A stretch of 64,000 nt of DNA from Pirellulales bacterium. GTDB lineage: Bacteria > Planctomycetota > Planctomycetia > Pirellulales > UBA1268. Shown piece by piece: positions 9,286 to 19,652 of the stretch. Both the position numbers and the translations under genes were made by a program. The DNA lies in NCBI GenBank assembly GCA_044370415.1, contig JBILVO010000001.1:819-64818 (forward strand), given 5' to 3'. The notes beneath the pieces were generated by a model. That model was not told the DNA's origin, searched no databases, and was given only the letters and a program-made list of their open reading frames with translations. Numbering within the stretch: the first letter of the stretch is position 1; every line of letters starts with the position of its first letter.

Positions 9286-10545
9286 TTACGCCTTCCTTCC
9301 GTGCTTGGGCAGGTCGGTGTGGACGTCGGGGCCGAAGTAGCGGAGCGACACGAGCGGGCCCGGGCCGGTGTTCTCCACCGTGTAGCCAGCCGCGGCGGCG
9401 TCGGCCGAGATGAAGAGCTCGTCGCTGGTCATCTCGCCGAAGCGGATGAGCGTCGGGGTCGCCACGTCGTGCACGCCGACGCGGCCCTCGCCCTGCACCG
9501 TGATCCACCCGCTGGCGCCGGCATCCTGCACCGTGATCTTCGCGCCCGGCTCGAGGGTGAGCTCCTTCGCGCTGAAGAGCTGCCTGCCGTCGACCTGGCC
9601 GTAGACGATCCAGCGATCGTGCACCCCCTTGTCCGACCGCTTCTCGTCGAGGATCGGCTCGAGGTAGTTGCTCTCCTTGAAGTGGGTGTCGACGTTCTTC
9701 TCCCAGTCGAGTTGGCCGATGATGAAGTCGAGGTCCTTGTGCTTCTCCTTCGGCATGTCCTTGACGAGCAGGCTCCAGGGCACCGCACGCCCCTCGACGA
9801 GCGACTGGAACATCGCGAACACGTCACTGCCCCACTGCGGCTCGTAGGTGAGCAGCGAGCCCGGGGCGTGCAGCACGCCGGGCGGAATCAGCCAGCCGGT
9901 GCCCCGCTTCAGGCGGTAGGCCTTGGCGAGGTCGATGATGCCGTTGTCGCCACGGTTCCAGTTCTCCAGGCACTTCCGCACGTCGGCCTTCGTGGTGCCG
10001 GGCTCGAGGCCCATGAAGGTGTAGGGGAAGTTGTTGTCGCAGTTGTTGTATTGCGGCGGGAAGTAGTAGCTCTCCGGCTTGCCCTCCTGGCCCACCAGCT
10101 TGGCGTCGTCGAACGACTGGTGCATGTGATGGGGGATCGGCCCCATGTTGTCGAAGAACTTCGAGTAGACCGGCCACTTCTTGTAGCGATCCCAGATCGC
10201 CTTGCCGACGAGCGTGCCCTTCCCCTCGGCCACGGCATCCCGCAGCATGAACCGCTCACCCTCGAAGACGGCCCACGACAACCCCTCGTCGGGCACGCGG
10301 CCCTCGTTGGCAGCCTCGGTCGTGCTGGCGAACCACCGCTCGTCGATGCCGCCGCGGTCGAGGCCGTAGGCGTAGTAGTCGTCGGGATGGAGCCGGACCC
10401 GCTTGCCCGGATGGAGGAAGCTGCGCGGCACCCAGGTGGGCGAGAGCCGCAGGATTCCCTTGCCGGCGGACATCGCCCGCTCGAGGGCGGCGCCGGCGTT
10501 CTTGGCTTCGGGCAGACGGGCGGAGGTGCGGGTAGCGGTCGCCAT
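9286..10545 (-). CDS. Cupin / class-I phosphomannose-isomerase-like protein
   Basis: ATG 10545 (MATATRTSARLPE..). Segment GPIPHHMHQSFDDAKLVGQEGKPESYYF resembles the PMI QxHP...GK.E.WY metal motif. Second motif LIPPGVLHAPGS. Confidence 0.65.
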   Translation of the reverse strand: MATATRTSARLPEAKNAGAALERAMSAGKGILRLSPTWVPRSFLHPGKRVRLHPDDYYAYGLDRGGIDERWFASTTEAANEGRVPDEGLSWAVFEGERFMLRDAVAEGKGTLVGKAIWDRYKKWPVYSKFFDNMGPIPHHMHQSFDDAKLVGQEGKPESYYFPPQYNNCDNNFPYTFMGLEPGTTKADVRKCLENWNRGDNGIIDLAKAYRLKRGTGWLIPPGVLHAPGSLLTYEPQWGSDVFAMFQSLVEGRAVPWSLLVKDMPKEKHKDLDFIIGQLDWEKNVDTHFKESNYLEPILDEKRSDKGVHDRWIVYGQVDGRQLFSAKELTLEPGAKITVQDAGASGWITVQGEGRVGVHDVATPTLIRFGEMTSDELFISADAAAAGYTVENTGPGPLVSLRYFGPDVHTDLPKHGRKA

Positions 10546-10717
10546 GGAAAACCCCTTTCGATGAGAACACGTGCCGGCAACGACGCAGGAGCCGCGCACG
10601 AGCCGGAAGAGAAGGAGACCGAACTGGGATCAGCCGGACTGGAGCCAGAACGGAAGTTGTACGGCCCCTCAAAAAGCCCCGCAAGGAGCCGCAGAAGGCG
10701 GCCGCCACAGCCGGCGA

Positions 10718-11773
10718 TCAGGATCCGCCGTCGGGCCTGCCGCCTACGATTTCCTCGGCGAGCCGCCGCACCGACAGCGGGGCCGAACCCTCTGCCTTGT
10801 TGTTGATCGTGATGAAGGCGTCGCGGCCGGCCGCGGCGGCCGCCCTGGCGATCGCGGCCACCGCACGCCGCGTGGGCAGATCCTCCTCGACGAGCCGGTC
10901 GAAGGGAAAGTAGCCCGCCTTGGCGTCCTCGTAGCCGCGGCCGGCATGGAGATTCCAGCGGGCGACGACCGGCTGCCGTGCATCGGGCCGCACGAGCCCG
11001 TAGGCGTCGGCCTGCTCGTCGGCCGGCGGCATCCGCGCATGGATCGCCAGGCAGGCCGCGCAGCCGGCATCGCCGATCGCCGCCGCGAATCCCGGCGTCA
11101 CCAGCTGCGGGTCGCGAACCTCGACGGCGTAGAGCGGGCGACCCGCACGGCCGTCGGGCAGGCTCCGCGGCAGCATCGTGAAAAATGCGGCGAGCCGCGC
11201 GGTGAGCCGCGCCGGATCGGCGAGCAGGCGGCGGCCGAACGGCGGAAACTGGAAGACGAGCGGGCCCGCCCGGTCGCCGAGTCCGGCGAGCGCCGGCCGC
11301 ACGAACGTGTCGACCGCCAGCCGGGCGTCGAGGAACGTCGGATTGTCGCGGGCAGCTTCGCCGGAGCCCGGCTTCCGCACCACGGGGTCGGTGATCGCCG
11401 CCGGCGCCTTGACCACGAACCGGAAGTCGGCCGGCACGTGCGCCGCATACGCGGCGAACTCCGCAGCCGCCAGCGGCGCGTAGAACGTGCGGTCGAGGCT
11501 CACGGTGCGGAAGAGCGGATGCCGCGCATAGGCTGCGAGCCCGGCGCGGGCGAGCACCTGCTCGCTCGGCTGACTGTCCCGCCCTCCCGGTCCGCCGCTC
11601 CGGGCCGCATAGACCAGCCCCGTCCAGCCCGGGAACGACCAGCTCGACGTGCCCAGGTGGATCCGGCCGGGCAGCGTCGTGCCGAGATCGACCAGCGCCG
11701 CGTCGAAATCAGCCGGGTCGACGGCGTCGACGTCGCCGAAAAGCGGCAGCTGTCCCGGTGTCTGGCGTGCCAA
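10718..11773 (-). CDS. DUF72 (UPF0759) family protein
   Basis: IHLGTSSWSFPGWTGLVY .. FRTVSLDRTFYAPL .. FRFVVKAP are typical DUF72 motifs. Confidence 0.8.
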   Translation of the reverse strand: MARQTPGQLPLFGDVDAVDPADFDAALVDLGTTLPGRIHLGTSSWSFPGWTGLVYAARSGGPGGRDSQPSEQVLARAGLAAYARHPLFRTVSLDRTFYAPLAAAEFAAYAAHVPADFRFVVKAPAAITDPVVRKPGSGEAARDNPTFLDARLAVDTFVRPALAGLGDRAGPLVFQFPPFGRRLLADPARLTARLAAFFTMLPRSLPDGRAGRPLYAVEVRDPQLVTPGFAAAIGDAGCAACLAIHARMPPADEQADAYGLVRPDARQPVVARWNLHAGRGYEDAKAGYFPFDRLVEEDLPTRRAVAAIARAAAAAGRDAFITINNKAEGSAPLSVRRLAEEIVGGRPDGGS

Positions 11774-11930
11774 GAATCACCCTGTGCAGGTTCGCGTCCA
11801 GGTTCGTGACCAGGTTCGTGCGCGCATCCCGCGGCATGGTAGCAGCCCCCGGACGCGCGGCGTTGCAGGCAGCCTTTCACGTCGAAGTGCGACGTGCGAC
11901 ACTGCCGCGGCTGCGCCGAGGACTTTTCCC

Positions 11931-14900
11931 ATGGCCACCACAACCTCCGCCGACCGACTCGCTCCGGCGCTGCGTGGGCTCGCTGCGCATCTCGAGGGCG
12001 AACTCCTCGTCGACGACCTCACCCGGACCGTCTATTCCACCGACGCCTCCGAATACCAGGAGCGGCCGCTGGCCGTGGCGCTGCCCGCCGCGGAGAAGGA
12101 CGTCCGCGAACTGGTGCGGTTCGCCGCGGCGCAGCGGGTCGGGCTGATACCCCGCGCGGCCGGCACGTCGCTGGCGGGCCAGGTGGTCGGCGGCGGCATC
12201 GTCGTCGACATGGGCCGCCACCTGAGTCGGATCGTCTCGCTGGACGTGGAGCGGCGCCGTGTGCGGGTGCAGCCGGGCGTCGTCCGCAACGAACTCAACA
12301 GGTTCCTCGCGCCGCACGGGCTCTTCTTCGGCCCCGAAACCTCCACCGCCTCCTGGGCCATGATCGGCGGGATGGTAGGCAACAACTCCTGCGGATCGAA
12401 CTCGATCGCCTACGGCTCGACCCGCGACCATCTCGTTTCCGCCCGCGGGTTCCTGGCGGACGGCTCGGAGGCCACGTTCGGCCCGTGCTCGCCCGAGGAG
12501 TTCGCCGCGAAGTGCGCCGGCCCCGAGTCGCTCGAGGCCCGGATCCACCGCGCGCTCGGCGACCTCCTCTCCGACGCGGCCACCCGCCGCCTCATCCGCG
12601 ACTCCTTCCCGCGGCCTGAGGTCACGCGCCGCAACACCGGCTACGCGCTCGACGCCCTCATGGACGCCTCCTGCTTCGATCCGGCGTCGACACGGCCGTT
12701 CAATCTCTGCCGGCTCCTCGCCGGCTCCGAGGGAACGCTCTTCATCGGCGTGGAGTACGAGCTCGGCCTGATCCCGCTGCCGCCGCCGGGGGCGCTGCTC
12801 TGCGTGCACTGCAGCGACGTCGACGAGGCGCTGCGGGCGACGCTCGTCGTGATGCGGCACCGGCCGGCCGAGGCTGAGGATGCGTGCCAGCTCACCGGCT
12901 GCGAGCTGATCGACCGGAAGATCCTCGACTGCACGCGGAACAACGCGGCGCAGGCCCGCAACCGCGCGTTCGTCGTGGGCGATCCGGGCGCGGTGCTGGT
13001 CGTGGAGGTGAAGCACGCCGACCCTGGCGCGGTGGCCGCGACGCTGCGGCGGATCGAGGACGACCTGCGCGGCGCGGGCCTCGGCTACGCCTACCCGGTG
13101 CTCGTCGGCACGGAGGGGGACAAGGTCTGGGAGCTGCGCCGCGCCGGCCAGGGGCTCGTCAACAACCTGCCGGGCGACGCCAAGCCGCGGGAGATCGTCG
13201 AGGACACGGCGGTCGCCGTCGCCGACCTCCCGGCCTACATCGCCGACTTCGACCGGCTACTCGCGGAGAAGTACGGCATCGATTGCATCCACTACGCCCA
13301 CGCCGGCGCGGGCGAGCTCCACCTGCGGCCGCTCTTCGACCTGCGTTCGCCGGCAGGGCTCGCGATGTTCCGCGCCGTGGCCACCGACGTGGCGGCGCTC
13401 GTGAAGCGCTACCGCGGCAGCCTGAGCGGCGAGCACGGCGACGGCCGGCTGCGCGGCGAGTTCATCCGCACGATGGTGGGCGACGACTGCTACCGGCTCT
13501 TCGCGCGGGTGAAGCGGGCGTTCGACCCGCAGGGCATCTTGAATCCCGGCAAGATCATCGACACGCCGCCGATGGACACCTCGCTGCGGATCCTGCCGGG
13601 GGAGCCCGAGCCGGTCTACGACACCGTCTTCCGCTTCGCCGACACCGGCGGCGTGCTTCGCGCGGCGGAGAAGTGCACCGGCGTGGGGCAGTGCCGCAAG
13701 TCGGCCGTGATCGGGGGCACGATGTGCCCGAGCTACATGGCGACGCGGGACGAGCGGCACACCACGCGGGCCCGGGCCAACGTGCTGCGGCAGGCGCTCT
13801 CCGGGCCGCCGGCCGCGGCGGACCCCTGGACGCAGCCGGAGATCGCCGCGTGCATGGACCTCTGCCTCTCCTGCAAGGCCTGCAAGAGCGAGTGCCCCTC
13901 CAACGTCGACATGGCCCGGCTCAAGGCCGAGTGGGAGCAGCACAGGCACGACGCGCGCGGCGTGCCGCTGCGCACCCGGCTCGTCGCGGGCTCGGCAGCC
14001 GCGATGCGGCTGGCCATGCCGGTGGCCTGGGCCTACAACCTCGCGGTGACCGCGCCGGGCCTCTCGAGTCTGGTGAAGCGGGCGGTCGGCTTCGCGGCTG
14101 GGCGGTCGCTGCCGCGGCTGCACAGCACGTCGCTCACGACGTGGCTCGCGCGGCGGCGGCGCGACGGCCCACGTTCCGCGCCGCTGGGCCGCGTGCACCT
14201 GTTCGTCGACGAGTTCACCGACACGCTCGACGTGCCCGTGGGCATGCGGACCGTCGAACTGCTCGAGGCGCTCGGCTACGAGGTGGTGGTGCCTAGGCAC
14301 GTCGACAGCGGCCGGGCGCAGATCTCGAAGGGGCTCCTGCGGGAGGCCCGCGGCCTCGCCGCCCGCAACGTCGAGCTGCTCGATCCGATCATCGACGACG
14401 ACGCTCCGCTCGTGGGCGTCGAGCCCTCGGCGATCCTCGGCTTCCGTGACGAGTATCCCGACCTCGTGCCGCAGCCGCTGGCCGCGGCGGCGACGCGGCT
14501 GGCGGGCCGCACGCTCCTCGTCGACGAGTTTCTCGCCCGCGAGGCCGACCGCGGCCGGATCGGCGCCGACGCCTTCACCGACGCGGCCCGGCGGATCCAT
14601 CTGCACGGCCACTGCCACCAGAAGGCGCTCGCCTCGCTCGACGCCACCGTCCGCATGCTGTCGCTGCCGCGGCAGTGGTCGGTCGAGGTGATCCCCAGCG
14701 GCTGCTGCGGCATGGCCGGCTCGTTCGGCTACGAGCGGGAGCATTTCGAGCTCTCGATGGCGATCGGCGAGATGGTGCTCTTTCCCGCCGTGCGCGCTGC
14801 CTCGACGGACGATGCGATCGCGGCGGCGGGCACCAGCTGCCGCCACCAGATCAAGGACGGCACGGGACGCACGGCACTGCACCCGATCGAGGTGCTCCAC

Positions 14901-14936
14901 GCGGGCCTGCGACGGAACGCTGCCGCTCGGCAGTGA
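11931..14936 (+). CDS. FAD-binding and (Fe-S)-binding oxidoreductase, YdiJ-like (FAD-linked oxidase fused to 4Fe-4S/CCG domains)
   Basis: ATG 11931 within ORF 11649..14936. FAD-oxidase N-terminus (GLIPRAAGTSLAGQVVGGGIVVDM), GEHGDGRLR motif, ferredoxin-type CxxCxxCxxxCP (CLSCKACKSECP), and C-terminal Cys-rich CCG region (SGCCGMAGSFGYE). Confidence 0.9.
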   Translation: MATTTSADRLAPALRGLAAHLEGELLVDDLTRTVYSTDASEYQERPLAVALPAAEKDVRELVRFAAAQRVGLIPRAAGTSLAGQVVGGGIVVDMGRHLSRIVSLDVERRRVRVQPGVVRNELNRFLAPHGLFFGPETSTASWAMIGGMVGNNSCGSNSIAYGSTRDHLVSARGFLADGSEATFGPCSPEEFAAKCAGPESLEARIHRALGDLLSDAATRRLIRDSFPRPEVTRRNTGYALDALMDASCFDPASTRPFNLCRLLAGSEGTLFIGVEYELGLIPLPPPGALLCVHCSDVDEALRATLVVMRHRPAEAEDACQLTGCELIDRKILDCTRNNAAQARNRAFVVGDPGAVLVVEVKHADPGAVAATLRRIEDDLRGAGLGYAYPVLVGTEGDKVWELRRAGQGLVNNLPGDAKPREIVEDTAVAVADLPAYIADFDRLLAEKYGIDCIHYAHAGAGELHLRPLFDLRSPAGLAMFRAVATDVAALVKRYRGSLSGEHGDGRLRGEFIRTMVGDDCYRLFARVKRAFDPQGILNPGKIIDTPPMDTSLRILPGEPEPVYDTVFRFADTGGVLRAAEKCTGVGQCRKSAVIGGTMCPSYMATRDERHTTRARANVLRQALSGPPAAADPWTQPEIAACMDLCLSCKACKSECPSNVDMARLKAEWEQHRHDARGVPLRTRLVAGSAAAMRLAMPVAWAYNLAVTAPGLSSLVKRAVGFAAGRSLPRLHSTSLTTWLARRRRDGPRSAPLGRVHLFVDEFTDTLDVPVGMRTVELLEALGYEVVVPRHVDSGRAQISKGLLREARGLAARNVELLDPIIDDDAPLVGVEPSAILGFRDEYPDLVPQPLAAAATRLAGRTLLVDEFLAREADRGRIGADAFTDAARRIHLHGHCHQKALASLDATVRMLSLPRQWSVEVIPSGCCGMAGSFGYEREHFELSMAIGEMVLFPAVRAASTDDAIAAAGTSCRHQIKDGTGRTALHPIEVLHAGLRRNAAARQ

Positions 14937-14955
14937 CGGCGCCGACGACGGCTCG

Positions 14956-16191
14956 TCAGGGCGTCATCACGGCCGGCTGGAACCGCCCATCCTCGCGGTC
15001 GGCGGCAGGCCGGACGTGCGTCGGCGACGCTCCAGCGGCGATGCGGCCCGTCCACACCTCGTGCACGTGCCCGCCGACGCGAAGGTCGATCGTCCGCAGC
15101 GGAGCCGACGGGTGACGGGGGCCCAGCAGCCGTTCGCACGCGGCCATGACGTCCGCCACGCCGATGTCGAGCATCGTGGCGGTGCCGAGGGGCCAGCGTG
15201 TCTGCTCGGGCGGCTGCCCGCGCCGCAGCGTTGCCCGTGACGGCAGCACCCGTTCCGATCGCACCACGACGGCTCGCTCGCTGCGGGGATGCCACTGATT
15301 CGGGTCGGTGGGGCCGAAGAGCACGGCGACTGGAACACCCAGCGACGCGGCGACATGCGGCAGGCCGCTGTCGATCCCGACGCAGAGGTCCATCCGCGAC
15401 AAAAGCGCGGTCACCTGGCGCAGCGGCACGCGGGACGAATGGTCGTGGACGTGCTCCGCGATCGGCGCGTCGAGGCCGGCCACGATCTGCCCGTGCATCT
15501 CGCGATCGGCGGGGCCCCCGCAGAAAAACACCTCGCAGCCGCGGTCCCGAACGAGCCGGTCCACGAGCTCCGTCCAGCGGGCCGCGGGCCAGTGCTTCTC
15601 GCTGTTCGTCGAGCAGACGGCGAGAAAGACCCGCGGCTGCCCGTCTGGCGCGTCGGTGAGGGCCGCCTCGGCGACGGCGGCGGCGGCGGCCGGCACCCAG
15701 TTCTCGTTGTGTCCGTCATCCACGTCGCCGCCGTCGGCGCGGAGCAGATCGAGGTAGGACTCCGTCTGGTGACGGCCGGGCCGCAGGGGGATGCCGCGCG
15801 ACAGGAGCCAGCCGCGGCCGTCCGTCACATGGCCGACCCGCCGGGGAATGCCCGCCAGCCAGGCGAGCACGCCGCTGGAGAACGACCGCTTGAGGAGGTA
15901 GGCCCGATCGTAGCCGCGGGACCGCAGCCACCGCGCCTGGGCATGGATCTTCGCGATGGCGGACGGCATGAAGCGTCGCGACCGCGGCGGCCGCGGCCAG
16001 CCGACGAGCGCGTCGTGGTACGGGCAGTCGGCCAGCATCGCGGCGGCGTGCGGCTCGACGAGCACGTCGATCACCGCGCGGGGAAACCGCCGGCGGAGGT
16101 TCCGCAGGAACGGAATCGCGAGCACGGTGTCGCCCAGGAATGCGTTGCCCACCACGAGGATGCGTTCACCGTCCGCGGATGCTGCTGGCAT
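14956..16191 (-). CDS. Glycosyltransferase family 9 (heptosyltransferase-like) with C-terminal extension
   Basis: ERILVVGNAFLGDTVLAIPFLRNLRRRFP and ..CVGIDSGLPHVAASLGVPVAVLFGPT.. are typical of RfaF/WaaC-type GT9 enzymes. Confidence 0.8.
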   Translation of the reverse strand: MPAASADGERILVVGNAFLGDTVLAIPFLRNLRRRFPRAVIDVLVEPHAAAMLADCPYHDALVGWPRPPRSRRFMPSAIAKIHAQARWLRSRGYDRAYLLKRSFSSGVLAWLAGIPRRVGHVTDGRGWLLSRGIPLRPGRHQTESYLDLLRADGGDVDDGHNENWVPAAAAAVAEAALTDAPDGQPRVFLAVCSTNSEKHWPAARWTELVDRLVRDRGCEVFFCGGPADREMHGQIVAGLDAPIAEHVHDHSSRVPLRQVTALLSRMDLCVGIDSGLPHVAASLGVPVAVLFGPTDPNQWHPRSERAVVVRSERVLPSRATLRRGQPPEQTRWPLGTATMLDIGVADVMAACERLLGPRHPSAPLRTIDLRVGGHVHEVWTGRIAAGASPTHVRPAADREDGRFQPAVMTP

Positions 16192-16239
16192 GGCTGCGTG
16201 CGGGCGATCCGCCCGCCCCTCGTGTCTTCCGTGCGCCGG

Positions 16240-19200
16240 CTACCTGGCGAAGCCGACGAAGAAGCTGAAGAGCTGCTTGCTGTCGTACGGGGCGTAGACG
16301 ACCGGGAAGGCGAAGTCGAGCGCGATCGGCGCCGGCCCCATGGCCGGGAGCGTGATCCGCAGGCCCACGCCGGGGGCCACGCGCATGTTGCTGATGGAGA
16401 CGTTCGACTCGACCGTGCCGAAGTCGGTGAAGACCACGCCCCGCAACGAGTCGTCGGCCGTGATCGGAAACATGTACTCCACGGTGTTGAGCCACTCGAA
16501 CGGGCCGCCGATCACCGCCGCGGCCTGGGCCGAGCTCGTGGGCGAGGCGCCGGCCGGGGTCTGCCGCGGGCTCGCCCCGCGGAACGTGAAGCCGCGGATC
16601 GTGTTGTAGCCGCCCGCGAAGAAGTTGTCGTAGGCCGGCGTGTTGGGACCCGACATGCCGAGCACCGAGCCGATCGAGAGCACGTGCCTCCCGGAGCCGT
16701 CGGGCCGCTCGTTGAGCAGGAAGTACTGCCGTCCCTCGAGGATGCCGCGCGGGTAGACGAACGTGCCGATCACCTGCTCGAACTCGAAGGTGGCCAAGTG
16801 TCCCTGCGTCGGCAGGAACGGGCTGTCGCGGGTGTCGTGGATGAGACCGCCGCTGAAGCCGTAGACCGAGTTGGTGCCGAGCATGTTTTGGATGGCGGGG
16901 GTGATCAGACGCGGGTTGTAGACGTCGACGCTCTCGCCACGGAAGCCGGTGTTCACGGAGAGATTGGGGGCGAAGGCGAACTGATAGCCCAGGCCGACAC
17001 GGCCGCCGACCCGGCCTTCCGCCCAGTCGTAGAAGTAGCGTGTGTAGTAGGAGGCGCTCGTCGACAGGCCGATGCGGGTGTCGAAGAGGTAGGGCTCCTG
17101 GAAGGTCGCTGTGTAGCGCTGCAACTGCGTGCCGGGAGCCGCCTCGAGGCGGAAACGCTGGCCGGCGCCGCGGAAGGCCGTGCCGTTGCGGATGTCATCC
17201 CAGCTGGTGGGCAGCCGCGTGATGTCGAAGTTCTGCTCGTCGATGACGATGTTGCCCACGAGCCCGGCGTTGGAGTTCACGCCGGCACCGATCATGAGCC
17301 GGCCGGTCTGCGTCTCCTCGGCGTCGACGTCGACGACCACGTAGGGATCGTTGCCCGGAAACACCTGCAGCGGTTCGGCACCGAAGTTCGGCACCATGCC
17401 AGGCTGCGCCACACCGGGCTGCATCATGCCAGGCTGCATCATGCCAGGTTGCATCATGCCAGGCTGCGCCATGCCAGGCTGCATCATGCCCGGCTGCGCC
17501 GCTCCGGGCTGCATGCCCGGCTGGAACTGCACCGGCGCCACGAAGCCCTGCCCCTGGGGCTGCGCCACGGGCTGGCCGAACGCGGGCGCCGGCTGCTGCT
17601 GGGCCACGTAGACCGGCTGCCGCGGCGCGGGCGCGACGGTGCGGGAATAGTCGACGGCATCCGGGCCCGTCGGCGCCAGCGCCGCACCGCCCCACGCCGG
17701 CTGCTGGGCCACCGGCTGCGGCTGCGGAAACGCGGGCTGGCCCACCGGGCTCTGGCCGCGCCACACCGGCTGCGCCGCCACGGCCTCCTCGCGGGCCGCC
17801 TCGCCGTCAGGATTCCATTCCCCCTCGAGCACGAGGTCGAGCACGGCCTCCTCGTCGTCGGGGCTCTGGCCGCGGAACCCGGGCCGCTTCGGATCGCGGG
17901 CGATCTGGGTGTCGCTCTCCTCGGGTTTGCTGAACACGATCCGCGGCGCCTGCCCCTTGGAGGCATCGGCCATGAAGAGGCTGCTGGCCTTGAGCCGCCG
18001 CTCGTCGTCGCGGAGCTTGCGGATGTCGAGAATGTCCCCCGGCCGCAGCGACAGGCGGTTGAGCACGGTGCTGTGCCGGGTGTGCGGATGCTCGCCACGG
18101 ATGCGGACGTTGATCTTGCCCACGCGGTACCGCAGGCCCTCCTCGACGTTGTAGACGAGGTCGAGCTGCCCCGGCTCCTCGAGGAACCGCGGATCGGCGC
18201 GAATGTCGGCGAAGACGAAGCCGCGCCCGCCGTAGATGTCGCGGATCATCCCCAGGTCGGCATCCATCTTCGACTGGTTGAAGGGCTGGCCGCTGGTGAG
18301 CTTGAGGTCCCGCGCGATGAACTCGCTCTTGAACTTGCTGTTGCCCATGAAGGAGACGTTGCGCACGGTGTACCGCGGCCCCTCATTGATCACGAACGTG
18401 AGCATCGTCCAGTCGCGGTTGCCGCCGTTCACCACCTGCACCTCGCGGCCGACCTTGGCCTGGAAGAAGCCGAGGCTGCGGTAGTAGGCGGTGAGCGCCT
18501 CGATGTCGGCGTCGATCTTCGTGCGGTCGACGTCGCCGCCGAGCAGCCAGAGCACGCCCGGCTTCGACTTGATCTGCGTGAGCAGGCGGGCGTCGGTGGC
18601 GATCGTGTTGCCGACGAATCCCGTCCACAGCGACTTTCGGCTGCGGCCCTCGTCGATGAGGAACACCGCCCCCTTGTCGCCCGGCTTGCTCCCTTCGAGC
18701 GTCGTCACTTTCGCGCCGTCGTAGCCCTTCTCATGGTAGTAGGACTCGATCCTGCGGCGGGCCTCCTCCACGACGTAGGCGTCCATCGAGTCCCCCACCT
18801 CGATCTCGGCCTTCTTGCGGATCGTGCGGGTCGGCACCCGCTGGTTGCCCACGTAGGTGACGTGGCGGAGCATCGGACGCTCGACCACCTGGAAGATCAC
18901 GACCACGCCCTCCTTCACCCGCACGTACTTGGGATGGACGTCGACGAACTTGCGGCAGCGATGCAGCGTGCGCACGTCCTCCTCGATCGCCTGGGCGTCG
19001 AAGATCTGGCCGGCCCGCGTCACGAGCTTCGGCAGCTTCGAGACATCTGTGGCGTGGTTGCCCTCGATCCGCACCTCGACGATCCGATTCGACTCGTCCA
19101 CAGGCGCCACGGTCGCAACCTGTGCCGGCGCCGCTCCGGGCATGACTCCCGGCACTGCTCCCGGCACTGCGCCCGGCACTGCGCCCGGTGCGACCCCCGG

Positions 19201-19395
19201 CAGCTGGCCCGGCATGGCGGCGGCGGGCGGAGCCGGCGGTGCGGCCGGCGGCAGCGGCTGCTGCGCGGCGGATGGCCCGCCGAGCAGCAGGCATGTCGTC
19301 AGCGCGACGGCGCACGCGAGGCCCCGATGGGCCGGGAATGGCGCGTGGCGTCGGGGGAGACGAGCGACGGCGGAGAGGTGCTCGCGCAGGGACAT
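16240..19395 (-). CDS. bamA: Outer membrane protein assembly factor BamA/Omp85 with ~200-aa low-complexity insertion
   Basis: Signal peptide and POTRA-like repeats (..VEVRIEGNHATD.., ..VRNVSFMGNSKFK.., ..VGKINVRIRGEH..). C-terminal beta-barrel (..MIGAGVNSNAGLVGNIVIDEQNFD.. to ..LFSFFVGFAR). A Pro/Gln/Gly/Met-rich insertion lies between them. Confidence 0.85.
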   Translation of the reverse strand: MSLREHLSAVARLPRRHAPFPAHRGLACAVALTTCLLLGGPSAAQQPLPPAAPPAPPAAAMPGQLPGVAPGAVPGAVPGAVPGVMPGAAPAQVATVAPVDESNRIVEVRIEGNHATDVSKLPKLVTRAGQIFDAQAIEEDVRTLHRCRKFVDVHPKYVRVKEGVVVIFQVVERPMLRHVTYVGNQRVPTRTIRKKAEIEVGDSMDAYVVEEARRRIESYYHEKGYDGAKVTTLEGSKPGDKGAVFLIDEGRSRKSLWTGFVGNTIATDARLLTQIKSKPGVLWLLGGDVDRTKIDADIEALTAYYRSLGFFQAKVGREVQVVNGGNRDWTMLTFVINEGPRYTVRNVSFMGNSKFKSEFIARDLKLTSGQPFNQSKMDADLGMIRDIYGGRGFVFADIRADPRFLEEPGQLDLVYNVEEGLRYRVGKINVRIRGEHPHTRHSTVLNRLSLRPGDILDIRKLRDDERRLKASSLFMADASKGQAPRIVFSKPEESDTQIARDPKRPGFRGQSPDDEEAVLDLVLEGEWNPDGEAAREEAVAAQPVWRGQSPVGQPAFPQPQPVAQQPAWGGAALAPTGPDAVDYSRTVAPAPRQPVYVAQQQPAPAFGQPVAQPQGQGFVAPVQFQPGMQPGAAQPGMMQPGMAQPGMMQPGMMQPGMMQPGVAQPGMVPNFGAEPLQVFPGNDPYVVVDVDAEETQTGRLMIGAGVNSNAGLVGNIVIDEQNFDITRLPTSWDDIRNGTAFRGAGQRFRLEAAPGTQLQRYTATFQEPYLFDTRIGLSTSASYYTRYFYDWAEGRVGGRVGLGYQFAFAPNLSVNTGFRGESVDVYNPRLITPAIQNMLGTNSVYGFSGGLIHDTRDSPFLPTQGHLATFEFEQVIGTFVYPRGILEGRQYFLLNERPDGSGRHVLSIGSVLGMSGPNTPAYDNFFAGGYNTIRGFTFRGASPRQTPAGASPTSSAQAAAVIGGPFEWLNTVEYMFPITADDSLRGVVFTDFGTVESNVSISNMRVAPGVGLRITLPAMGPAPIALDFAFPVVYAPYDSKQLFSFFVGFAR
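17395..17520. repeat. 15-bp tandem repeats (catgccaggctgcat-type) inside bamA encoding (QPGMM)n
   Basis: About 8 consecutive 15-bp units read directly, translating to PGMQPGAAQPGMMQPGMAQPGMMQPGMMQPGMMQPGVAQPGM on the minus strand. Confidence 0.85.
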
Positions 19396-19652
19396 CGAGG
19401 CTGCCGATCGGGTGAGGTGCTGCGGCCGGGGCGGGAGAGATACCTACTCCACCTCGGGTGTCACAAGGCGAATCACGGCCGGTTCCGTGCCGGCGAGCGG
19501 GTTCCCGTCGGTCCCCGCGCGGCTCGCCCGTCCTGCCCAGACGCCGATCCTTGACTGCCCCCGGCAAACCCCGATACTTCTAGAGGTTTCCGCCGGTTTT
19601 CCCCGATTTCTCCCCCGGGCCGGGCCTGCCGGGGGCATGGCTCTCCCAGTCG

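Noticed and set aside
15289-19554. 1421-aa plus-strand ORF spanning the GT9 and bamA region
   Set aside because: It is antisense to two genes with clear family motifs (GT9, BamA). Its translation is Arg/Gly/Ala/His-rich and featureless. This is a typical high-G+C shadow ORF.
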